Origin: Dipteris shenzhenensis
Taxonomy: Eukaryota
Length of the DNA: 64,000 nt
Strand: one strand, 5' to 3'
Assembly: GCA_047967505.1 (NCBI GenBank)
Contig: CM106538.1
Made by a program: the position numbers and the translations under genes
Shown here: positions 12,469 through 23,182 of the stretch, piece after piece
Layout of the letters: each line of letters opens with the position of its first letter
How positions within the stretch are numbered: the first letter of the stretch is position 1
Notes under the pieces: generated by a model
What the model saw: the letters and a program-made list of their open reading frames with translations, nothing else
The model's database searches: none
Told to the model about the DNA's origin: nothing

Positions 12469-12929
12469 CCACAGTCACGAGGGTAAAGTTTTCCCCTATA
12501 AATTTTTTTTTTCTCTTTTCCTTTGCTCCTCGGGTTGGTCCCCTACCGGGATCCCAAAGCACCACTTGACTTAGTTTTGGGTAAGCTGCCTTGCTGAGTG
12601 GACTCCACCTCACTGACTGTCCTTCACCTTCACAAAGATTTACTGACCATCAGACGCCCAAAAGAATGGACAAGAACTTCTTTCGTGAGCTACGGACTAT
12701 GAAGAACCTCTCCTTCACATAGGGCTTGTCAGAGTGCTGTGTAATGAAAGTAATCACCGGCCGCAACGACCGTGCCCAATCTTGCAAGACAAGCACGCAC
12801 AAAAACGGCCAAAACGTTCGGCGGAGAGAAGGGTTCACCCACCCATGGAGTGTTCAGTAGTCACAAGAGGGGTGGGGGACCAGACGCCTCACCACACCAT
12901 GACCCTTGTTCAACGGTCGGCCTTTGCCC

Positions 12930-13760
12930 ACAAGCAGGAGAACCACTTCCCATCTCTGTCAGACACAATCTCCTTCGGTAGCCCATGGTGTTTGACTAGA
13001 AACTTGAAGAAGAGCCTTGGTGTTGCTTGGGCATCCAAAGTTGCATACTTTGTGAGTCTACAAACCACCACAAAGATGCTCTTCATTGTTCGGTAGATAG
13101 GTTATGAAGTCCATGGAGACACTCTCCCATGGTTTGGATGGGATGTCTAAGGGTTGAAGCAGCCCTACTGGTTTCATCCTTTCCGCCTTGTCTTGCCCAC
13201 AAATGTGACAAGTCCTCACATAGGCATCCGCATCCCTCTCCATTAGTGGCGACCAAAAGTTTCTTGAGAGCATCTCAAGAGTCTTTTCCTGTCCTAGATG
13301 GCCTGCCCACTGTGGATCATGGTGTTCCTTGATCATCCTCTTTCTCAAGCCTCCCACACATGGGACATATACTCTACGTTGCTTGAAATAGATGACCCCA
13401 TTACGTACCTCAATGTGTGCCCACTTTGCTGCAGTCCCAAGTATCTTCTTGGCAAATTCATCCTCCCCATACCCTATTTTGATCTCTTCCAAAACTGTTG
13501 ACCCATGTAGAATTTGGACTGTAGCCAAGTGGGGGATTCGAGAGAGGGCATCTGCCACTACATTCTCTTTGTCGGGCTTGTACTTGATCTCGAAGTCAAA
13601 GTTGGCTAGAAAATCCTACCACCTTGCTTGCTTGGGAGACAACTTGGGCTGTGTCACAAAATAGGATGTAGTGACATTATCTGTAAAAACAGAGAAGTGG
13701 TTGCCCAAGAGATAATGCTTCCAAGTCCTTAAGCAATGCACCACCGCGGTCATCTCCTTG
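12930..13760 (-). pseudogene. Ty3/gypsy RNase H-integrase fragment
   Basis: ORF 13058-13558 has ADALSR, an integrase zinc finger (HHDPQWAGHLG...CHICGQ) and LLQPLDIPSKPWESVSMDFI. HGLPKEIVSDRD is near 12950-12990. Confidence 0.9.
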
Positions 13761-13959
13761 ATGGCTTGAGAGACTGCTACCACCTTCTTACCTCTCTCGC
13801 CATTGGCGCGTATGCAGAGGCATAAGAGGTAGTTTGAACCTGTTGCAGATGGTGCAACCGGGATGGGACACTCAACAGTAGATAGGGGGGGACATGAATT
13901 GGCTCCCAGAGCCTACCGCTAGCCCAGCAGCGTCCCCAGCGTCTAGCGAGACGCGGGGG

Positions 13960-15330
13960 GCTCCTCTAAGCGGAACAGAAAGGGTGCCAGCAACACCCTT
14001 GTCGTTGAGATATTCTTGATTCAAATCTGCCTACAATACCTCCATTGTCACATAGGATCGCTGCCGCATTTTCGAATAGATCAGCCACTTTCCTTCGAAT
14101 TCATCCTTGAACCCCATCCTATTAAGGACCGTGAGAAGAAACTCCCACCTCACACGGTCGTAGGCCTTGTCTAGGTCCTCTTCAAACAATAAAACTTCAT
14201 GACCTTTATCAAGGGCATAGTTGATGGCAACTAACACGTTGAGTATGTTCTCTCGAATATATCCTTGCCTTTCACGAAACCTCTTTGTTCCCACTGGTCT
14301 ACAACAATTTTGCAGACTTCTCTGATTGGAATTACAAGTGCTTGGTAATCATAATATATGAAGCATAATTATTGGTTGCCAGTCACTCACTGACTCTGGT
14401 GTTTAGTAAAAAGTTTCATCATCCTAGCAGTTACGTCTTCTGAGAGTATACCATACAAAGCATTTTCCAGCTTGTCCACGGCTTTGCCAATTGCAGTCTT
14501 GGGTACTTAGAAACCCTACCCCTTGCAAAGTTTCATCATCCTAGCAGTTACGTCTTCTGAGAGTGTACCCTTCGTGACCACTCTATTTTCCATCTCTAGG
14601 CACTCTATCATCGGCTAAGGCATTAAAAGCATTTTCCAGCTTGTCCACGGCTTTGCCAATTGGAGTCTTGGGTACTTAGAAACCCTACCCCTTGCAAAAC
14701 CCCATGCACATGCACATGCCACTCTACGTGTTGTAATGCTAGTTCACACACAATTTCGCTTAGCTCCTTGTGGAAGACCTCTGCTAAGTGCAAAAAGTCT
14801 ACGAGGACATTTCCCTATTCATCTGGCACCTTGTTGATGGCTTCTCTTAAATGCTTCTTCTTAATGGGCTCGAATAAGGCTTTGGACATGCCCCCACCTC
14901 AAGCCACATATGATGGCTCTCAACATAGGCTTGTTCTCCTCCTTCGATTCCCAATCTCTCAGGGCAATCTAAGGATGGGATCCCTTGGGGTATATTCGAC
15001 ACTTAGAGGGATCACCTTGCCATTGTCAACAATGCTGTGGCCCCTTTCCTTGGCTAGCCTCATGACCCTCTGAATCCCCACATCAGCATGGGTCAACTGG
15101 GCCTCCATGCAACTCCTGCCAAAGTCCTGCCAAAGCATCCTATATAGCCTTACAGAATCCTTTAGAGCCAAAAAACCTCTTGCTAAACTTTAAAGGAAGG
15201 TCACTCGACTTACCTGCAATGCTTGGAGCACAAAATTGCCACATTATAAAAATATATTATGGGAGGCTTGTAGAGGTCACATGTTCTTCGGAGGTTCATG
15301 GGACCTCTCAAGTACCATCCTTCTTCTGAT
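13960..15330 (-). mobile_element. Decayed LINE reverse-transcriptase fragment
   Basis: ORF 14031-14294 IRENIL...DLDKAYDRVRWEFLLTVLNRMGF; RQGC..APFLF-like motif near 13980-14010; internal duplication at 14410-14700. The right boundary is approximate. Confidence 0.75.
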
Positions 15331-15518
15331 ATATAGAATCTATTGAGTCTACTTGCTTAAATTCAATACCTTTTCTCTGATTGGACCACTCAAGAAAGGT
15401 CGGACTAGGGGCTTAATGTCTAGCCTTTCTTGAGTGAGTTGGATTCTCGAGCAGAGAATCCATTGAGAATCCATTGACGGTCGAGAATCGGCATCGGTCG
15501 ACGTTTACCGATTGAAAC

Positions 15519-15601
15519 CGATGAAACCGGCTTGTGGCCATGGCTCTAGTTTCACCGGTATCGACCGAAACCGGAGCCATGGCCGCGAGCCGGTTTCATC
15601 G
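15519..15601. repeat. 35-bp inverted repeat ~100 bp upstream of the omega-amidase ATG
   Basis: cgatgaaaccggcttgtggccatggctctagtttc (15519-15553) pairs with gaaaccggagccatggccgcgagccggtttcatcg (15567-15601), with 4 transition mismatches. Confidence 0.85.
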
Positions 15602-15702
15602 CCAAGGAAGGTGCTTTCTGGCTTGAAGTAAGGATTCCTTGAGTTGGGACGGTGATTGATGCAGGCGATGGTAGTGAAGGGTTATATTATAGGAAGAGCT
15701 TC

Positions 15703-15876
15703 ATGAAAGGTTCTGTGATTTTCCACTCGTTCCGTCTGCTCTCACTCTCACGTCCGCCTCCTTCCATCGCAATCTCTCTTTCCCTGCCTCTTCGAGCTTG
15801 CTTTGCTACTATGAGTGCGGGATCAGCTCGCCTCCCTCCCGCTGTTTCTCCTCCTCCGACTTCCCACTCGGGCAAG
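15703..15876 (+). CDS. NLP3: Omega-amidase (nitrilase family, NIT2/NLP3-like), exon 1 including a transit-peptide-like N-terminus
   Basis: MKGSVIFHSFRLLSLSRPPPS...ATMSAGSARLPPAVSPPPTSHSGK, then donor aag|gtag. The Ser/Arg-rich leader and second Met resemble the layout of Arabidopsis omega-amidase NLP3. Confidence 0.8.
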
Positions 15877-15994
15877 GTAGTTGCTGGAGCTGTAATCATC
15901 CTTTTTACTCGCTTTTGTCCATCTTCGCAACCCTTTGTGCTAATACCATGGCCGTAGCTGAGAGCCGTCATTTGGGTCCTTCTCCTGTTTACAG

Positions 15995-16111
15995 TTCAAG
16001 GTCGCTTTATGCCAACTGGCGGTGACTTCAGACAAGGACACAAATATCGCGCATGCGCGGGAGAAGATCGAGTCTGCAGCCGATAATGGCGCGAAGCTGA
16101 TCGTTCTCCCT
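15995..16111 (+). CDS. NLP3: Omega-amidase exon 2
   Basis: acag|FKVALCQLAVTSDKDTNIAHAREKIESAADNGAKLIVLP|gtatg; 117 nt, phase 0. Confidence 0.93.
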
Positions 16112-16242
16112 GTATGTGTCGCCACCGGTTGATTTCGATTCTCATTTCCTCAGGCCACAATGTTGGCTTAAATAGAAAAGCAGATCAATTTGGTAACTTG
16201 TCCTTTCCGAGAAGGTAACACTCGAAGACTTGAGCTGGGCAG

Positions 16243-16467
16243 GAAATGTGGAATTGTCCATATTCCAACTCTAGTTTCCCAGTCTATGCAGAAGAAATCA
16301 ACGCCGGAGGTGAAGGGTCCCCGTCAGCTGCAATGCTTTCTGAAGTTGCCAAAGCAAGAGGAGTGACTATTATTGGTGGATCTATATCTGAGCGCAGCGC
16401 TGATTGCCTTTTCAATACCTGTTGCATCTTTGGAACGGATGGTGAATTGAAAGCCAAACACCGAAAG
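16243..16467 (+). CDS. NLP3: Omega-amidase exon 3 (catalytic Glu and Lys)
   Basis: gcag|EMWNCPYSNSSFPVYAEEINAGG...IIGGSISER...FNTCCIFGTDGELKAKHRK|gttgg; 225 nt. Confidence 0.95.
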
Positions 16468-16780
16468 GTTGGTTGGTATTTAAAATTTCACTTGTTTGAA
16501 GTTGAGACGATCAAATGCCACGCACGTGTAAACAGTGGTATATTGAATTTCGGATTTTAAGGCAAAATCGGGAGAGTGGTAGCTTGATTTCTACCCATTT
16601 TGATGGTCTGCCTGATGATGTAATTTTACCTCGATCAACGGCTACAGTGAACTCAGAATCCACAGGCAAAGTCGGGACATTGAAAAGTGGTTGTTTTTCA
16701 TCACGGGGCAGATTTCTATCATTGTCATGGTCGTGCTCAATGATGTTGTGCATCACAATGTTTCTTCTTGGATTGATTAG

Positions 16781-16874
16781 ATACATCTTTTCGACATTGA
16801 CATTCCTGGGAAAATGACGTTCAAGGAGTCTGACACATTGACTGCTGGGGAGAGTCTGACTATTGTTGATACAG
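16781..16874 (+). CDS. NLP3: Omega-amidase exon 4 (last exon found in the window)
   Basis: ttag|[31 protein letters not shown]-g|gtatc. The catalytic-Cys exon (GICYD) was not found downstream. Confidence 0.93.
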
Positions 16875-17219
16875 GTATCTTGCAAAATCCTGGTGTAGTA
16901 GTGCTCGATAGTAAGTGACGGCCTGCCTGTAAACCGTGATCTTACCCCTCGAAAGTTTTGGTATAAGAGGACAAACTTTCATTTTTGTGCATCATACCAT
17001 GGGTTGTCTCACGATGATAGAGTGTGATATGAGGTCAACATGATCAAGAGGATCTAATGATAGTGACTATCGCAGATCATAAGGATGTTTTTCCTTTTAA
17101 GACCCTTGATCAAGGGTTTCTTGCAATCCTCTGCTGTTTGAGAACTCTTGAGAATGTAAATTGCACAATGTGCGTAGAGGTATACATGTACACAAAGAGT
17201 GGCGAAATGGACATGTCCA

Positions 17220-17464
17220 AAATGTAAAAAGTGTGTGTGAAGAGACCATTGGGGCTCTCAAAGTTAGGGTTCTATATTCATCATTGTAACCTTCATCTTG
17301 TTCCACAAAGAGGTGTGCATATCAGATAGAATCCTGGTGTATGGAGACTGCCTCCCTCCACTCCTCTCCTCTCTCCCACACCTCAAAACACTCTTTGAAC
17401 ATGGTATCAGAGGCAAAGGGCTAAGCCATTCTCCTCTCTCCCACACGTCAACGCACTTTCAACA
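17220..17464 (+). mobile_element. LTR 3' end + tRNA-Met PBS + short repeat of the LTR end (collapsed LTR remnant)
   Basis: ...ctttgaaca tggtatcagag (PBS 17402-17412). tctcctctctcccacac occurs at 17365 and 17430, and both segments end in aaca. The left boundary is uncertain. Confidence 0.6.
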
Positions 17465-19385
17465 TATAAGTGCTTACTTTTATGTAGGTTTGCTTATAGC
17501 TTGGGGAACACATCAACTTCTCCAAATAGTATATTTTCTTGTTTTTCAAATTTTGCTCATGCGAACTCCATCCTAGTATCTGACACATCCACACATTGGT
17601 ATGCTGGATTTGATCATGTCAGTTACTGCAATTTTATATCCATGCATGAACATGACATGCTGAAACAGGTTATCCCCAAAGCTGCACTAGACTGCACTAT
17701 TCTAGACTAAATTATATGGAACAGAGTATCACACTACATGACCTGACAACTTAACGTAAAGATCAACGCTTTCCAAGAGGGTTCTTGGAAAAAAGAGCAT
17801 TGCCACTTCAAAGACAAGGTCTCTCTCCTGGGCAGTATGAGCTCCAAAGACTTTGGCGGAAATTCTTGAGTGATGGACTTCTCCTTTCATTGACACCACG
17901 CTCTGGCACTCGTATCATCTATGCACACACGTTATACAACATCTCTCAAAGCTACCTTGCCCCACCCCTTGTGCACTGCTCACCATCAATGACATCATAT
18001 ATGTAGGCCTGAAGCTACATAGTGGCCAAGCTAAGAGGCTATGTACTGATTACATTGCATGTGGACTAATATCCTGTCCCCGATCATGGCAAAGTTATAT
18101 ACTGAAGCAGTCTACACTGGTTTTTTCCACACTTAGATCCTTAATACCATCATTCCTATCCACATGGCCATAGCCCGGAAATCTACAAGGCCATCATGAT
18201 TAGGTCATGGGTTCCTTCAGAAAGTTATGAGCGCATCATATGCGCTATTTGTGGAGTTATCATTCCACTTATTAAAAGAGGGTTTGGGCCATGCATTAAA
18301 GAACTGATCTCATTGTTTGTAGCTTTGTGGTTGGATTCAAATTTTAGCATTTAGTTTGGTTTTTTCAGCCATGTATCTATCTTGGGCTTGTGAATGTGAT
18401 GTCTTTTAATTAATACTAATCATGCTCAATTGGATACTTTAATTGTTGATGTGGATATTGCTAACGGATCTTTGTTCTAAGCCTGGAAATTTGACAATGT
18501 AATTGAATGAGTTTAAAGGAGATCTTTTATCTACAAATGGATGCCTTTGGTTAAAGAAAACTTTGCAAACAATGTGCCTTTGGTTGAGAATGTGAATCTG
18601 TCTAGCCCACCTAGTACTAGTGCATAGTGAGAGTATAAGCATGAAACTCTTTCCAATCTCACACCAAGTGAGTGCACAAGCAGACAACCTGAAATTTATC
18701 CAACGACAGTAGAGGATTGTAGCAAAGAAAACATATATAGTTTTTTCACAAAAAGGTACCAAAGTAACTAAGAATGTTTCTAGATAGCAACCTAGAAACA
18801 CATTTTATTTCACAAATGTTTCATTCCTTTGAATGTGAAATGTTTAAAAGTGATTCTATAAATTGCAATTTTTATAAATGCACATAATAAATTTTAACTT
18901 AGTGTTTAAATAGGCATGAGAAGCTTGTGCAATTTGCCCTATTGTGCAATGTGCATTATTCTAGTAGAAACGTTACATCATAGTGCACATTGCACGGTTG
19001 TACGACTTTTCATCAAAGGCAAACCCAGTTTCACCATTTTTGTGAAATGTTTCTTCCCTAAGACGTTCTGAGGGCCTAAATGCTTGAAATGCTTTTTGTG
19101 GTGACTATGGAAGGTGCAAGGTGAAACATCAGCCAAAGGGGGACTAGAAAAACGAACTGTTGCTACTCTTTATTCCTCCCTTCACCATCCCCTTCTTCTC
19201 TAGACCAATATCCAGCTGAATTCAGCATAGTTGCAATAAGAAAAGGACCAACTATATCTCTATCACATTTGGCAGAATGATCCTAATTATTTTGGTAAAC
19301 ATAAATACCTCACTTCTATAACGATATACAAGGATCCTTGATTTTACTCGTTTTTCATGCCTGGGAAAGTTGGTTAATATTTGAA

Positions 19386-22275
19386 TTACGACTTTATAGT
19401 TACACAACAGAAATAGAGGAGGAAATGTATCATATCTAGATCAATGTAAATATGTAGCCCATTCCCCCCCTCCATTTGGCCAATTGAAGTCGCTGGCCAT
19501 ACCGAAATTGACATGCAAATGTATCCCAGGCTGTGTATGTCTGCCAAACGCATCCCTCTGATATGATGGCATGCCAAACGGCTGAGAAGAGGATTGACGT
19601 CTCTCCCAAGGGAATGGGCTGCCCTGCAAACCAAAACTAGCTTCTGGCATACTTACTGCTGCAGCAAAGGAGCAGTAAAATGGGTGTAACCAAGTGGGTC
19701 GTCCCAAAATAGATTGCTCCATCTGTAGAGGTGCAGAGAGCTGTAAACTATAAGATGGCGTCAAGTCTGATAATAGGGTCGGTGTTGTAGAGAATAAATC
19801 CTCAACGCCTCGATAATCCCCATACTGGGGAGGAAGCTGCTCAAACTGAGACTGACAAAAGGGCTGAAATCCTGCTAAGTGTCGGGAATCTGACGTAAAA
19901 CCCCCATGTTGTGTGGAGAATGCATCCTGGCTGTCTGACCGATCCCCATGCTGGGGCATAGGCTGCTTGCCCTTGTCAGAAAATGCGCCGAGCTGCTGGC
20001 CAATCCGCTGAGATATCTGCTCACCAATCTGCTGCCCCAACTGAAGAAATGTATCATGGAGCTTCTCATCACTGTCATGCAGTGATGAGGCTGCTGAGCT
20101 TGGGAGCCATGGTGACTATCCCGGGAGAAGGAGCTCGAATCTAGCTAGCTTCCTGCAAAAAGTCCCACTCTGGCAGACAATGCTAAGCAAGTACGAGCGT
20201 AAAGGAAGAAAGGAAGCAGATAGACAAAAGCAAATGCTGCTGTAATTGCACCTGATGTTGTGTGTGCAACACACAATAAATGTCGAGAATTGGCCAAAAT
20301 GGGGCAGTGGAAGGCCTTGAGAATGGGCCAAAATGTTGTCTCGTCACCTGCTCACATTTGGGTTGTGTTGGAGTCAAATCACTGGATTGCTTTGTAACTC
20401 AAAATTCATTCGTCAGTCCTTGCTAGTCAAAAGCAAACTTAAGGAAGCTTGTCAGTGGCTTTGAGGCTGCAGTCGAGACTCCTGAGAATGATGGAAGAGT
20501 CCCTTGATGTTACAGATATGCTTAGAAAGGTTGTGCATTGAAAAATTGTACACACAGGCATCCTTAATCAAATTTGGTGATGGTGTTAGCTTTGGTGTTG
20601 CTTGCTGTTAGAATTCGGAAGGAAAGTGAAAGGAAGAAGAAAAGGTGCCAGGGTTGGAGCTCTGATACCGATGTAGAAAAGGGGGTAGGGGCAAATTAAA
20701 GAAAATGATGTTAGAAATGACCCAACAGAGGGTACGCACAGCGGAAGACTGATAGAATAGCCCAGGCATAGTTACCAAGGAACGGCGTTCCGACATCCAG
20801 AACGTCTGGAAGGCTGTTCCAGGTAGCATGCCGGAACCGGAACGGCCCCGGAACATCTTTTTTTTTTTTTGGGGGGGGGGAGGGGGCTCTTTGAAAGTTT
20901 CAAATGGGTATTTTAGAGCTTGTATATAAAGTTTAAAGCTGTAAAATGTTAGTTTCTTTCATTTTCTAACATAATTTTAAGCCATATGATGATGTATTGT
21001 GTATGACGTGGCATTCCAGTTCCCGTTCCCCCTTCTCGGAACGTTCCCGTTCCGACACCCGAATTTCCAGAACGTTCCCGTTCCCTGGTAACTATGAGCC
21101 CAGGAGCTCACACAGTGTGGTGTGGGGTGTGGAATCACAAACTTCTTAAACTTAAGTGCATAGAATAGATGTGCAGACTCATCAATAGACAATGAACCAG
21201 CCAGATAGAGAAACCACCAAAATAATATATTTCCGTCCAAAGCTATGGAAACAATACAAAAGAGAGATCCAGAGTCCCACCAATGGTGTGGTCCTCTGAT
21301 CTTACCACAAGGTACTCCTCCTATCTGCTGGCTATCTCTAGAGTCGAGCCCACGTGCTCCACCTCGAGGGTGAGTAGACTTTCTGTCCAGATCCCTTCCA
21401 CCTTGCTGTCTTTGCACCAGCCTAGGTGGGCAGCACCCTCAGCTAAGTTTGCAGCTACTGTTTGCTCTCTTCTCCTCCAGTGATGAGGCCTAAGACAAGC
21501 TCCCTGCTGCTCCTTTCTGATGGGGCTTTTCTGCTGCTCCAAGTGATATGTAATGAGGCCTGAGGCCTATCCTTCTATAGGGGCTGAGCCCCTTGTCAAT
21601 TTGACCTACCAGCCAGCCCTAAATGGGCTGACTGGCTGGTTGGCTTGCAGCCCTAACCAACCGACTGATTGGCTGCTTTCCAAGCCCTATATAAGGGCCT
21701 CTGCCAGGCCCTTTTGGGCTGCTGTCAGGCCCCAAGGACAGCCCCACATTGGGCGCTACCCTTGGGCTCATCTATGGCCAAAAGTGGCTGGCCCACCATA
21801 GCCTCCACCTCTGCCCCTTCTGTCCTGCTGGTGCTGCTCTTGCTCAGGCCTGTTCCAGCCCTCAGAACCTGCTCCAACAGCTCCGTCATGCTGCTGTACT
21901 GCAGCCATACCTTCGCTGATTTCACCGCCATGTGTCGCCATGTTCTGGGCCTGTTTGCAGGCTATGACCTTGCCCACTACCCTCTCCACTTGGCCGGCCA
22001 TGCAGGCACCATCTGTCTGGGATACTTTTCTCTCTTTGATTCTTGCCCACATGGCAGCCATGCTGCTGCTCATGTGTTAGTCTCTCAAACCCTAGGTTCA
22101 CCCCCCCATGCTCTCCTCATATGGGGGCTTACAGATGGGGAGGTGACCTTTCCAACAAAGGAGTAGAAGAGCGGAAGGGAGAGAGAGAAGGGAGAGAAGG
22201 AAGGAGGAGGGAGAGAGAGAGAGAGAGAGAGAGAGTAGGCTGCAAGGAGGAGGAAGGGGATTAGATGTCACATCA
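19386..22275 (-). mobile_element. LTR retrotransposon 5' part: LTR (~20672-22275), PBS and gag-like ORF remnant
   Basis: gctctgataccg at 20659-20670 is followed by tgtag.... The putative LTR ends ...gatgtcacatca at 22275. A Gln-rich minus ORF at 19441-20040 (DKGKQPM) lies downstream of the PBS. Confidence 0.65.
20767..21096. mobile_element. hAT-type MITE (330 bp) inserted in an LTR
   Basis: TIRs catagttaccaaggaacgg / ccgttccctggtaactatg; perfect 8-bp TSD agcccagg at 20759-20766 and 21097-21104; internal gaacg/cgttcc subterminal motifs. Confidence 0.92.
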
Positions 22276-23182
22276 AAATGTACACAATGAGTGGTGGATG
22301 GGGACTTATATAGTCTCTCCACATTTCCCACCTAAAGGGCCACTAAAATAGCCTTTCCCCCCTTTTATTACATAGACCAGGGCAAGGTAGTGGCTTAACT
22401 AGAACATCTGATCTGCTGTGTAGCCTTTTTGATGGTATGCAGTACAGGTTGGTACAACCTCAGGTTCAGTGTGGAGGTGTGGTGGAAGACTGCGTCTGAC
22501 TGGAGAACATCTGCAGATGTGTGGCAGCAGCACAGCACACTCAGTAGCAGGTCGGGGTCAGACTACAGACCGGTCGGGTCTGATCTGATTGGCAGTGTGC
22601 TGTTTTGGGCCTGGTTGGCTCAGTGTGAGTCAGCCTTGTTTGGGAGGGATTCTAGTCCCTTCAACCCTGTAAAGAGGGAGTTTTTTGGCGCATCCAAATA
22701 ATTTCCACTGAAGCCTATTAAGGGCAACGCAGGAGGAGTGCATGAGCATCTATGCTCCCAGTAGAACTCAGCATACAGTTGAATCTGACTGATTTTACCC
22801 AGCTCACTGCTGGAAATTTCTTGCTCTTCTCTTAGCTGTTATCGCACACTTTGTGGATGAATAAGAGTCTGAGTTTTTTTTGAGTCTGGACTAGTGCAAA
22901 TCATGAAGTAGTGTCCATTAGCAACTCTTCCTCATCTGAGGAGTCACCCAAACTGAGAATAGCACTTTCAGAAAAAGAGGATTTGTCTGATCCTCTTGTT
23001 CGTCTTCATTGCCTCGTGCACCACCTCTTTCTCGACGCCCTCGTCCTCTGGCCTCTACTTCCACCTCGTTCAATTCTGCTACATCAAGCATATATCAATG
23101 TCCTCCTAGTACCTTCACCTACAAGAATCTCTCTCTCTCTCAATTCTTGTGTGATTGGATATTACGTTTGGACTTGCTAGTA

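Larger units (their letters stand above)
10614..12754 (-). mobile_element. Chimeric non-autonomous LTR-like structure: LTR-like repeat / fold-back / captured ETS-18S / PBS / LTR-like repeat
   Basis: Direct repeats at 10616-10896 and 12474-12754 (~95% identical by eye). A reverse-complement tRNA-Met PBS gctctgatacc at 12459-12469 abuts the right repeat. No clear TSD. Confidence 0.65.

Noticed and set aside
18735-19109. Second hAT-like MITE ending ggtgactatg
   Set aside because: The left TIR is too degenerate and I found no TSD. Plausible but unsupported.
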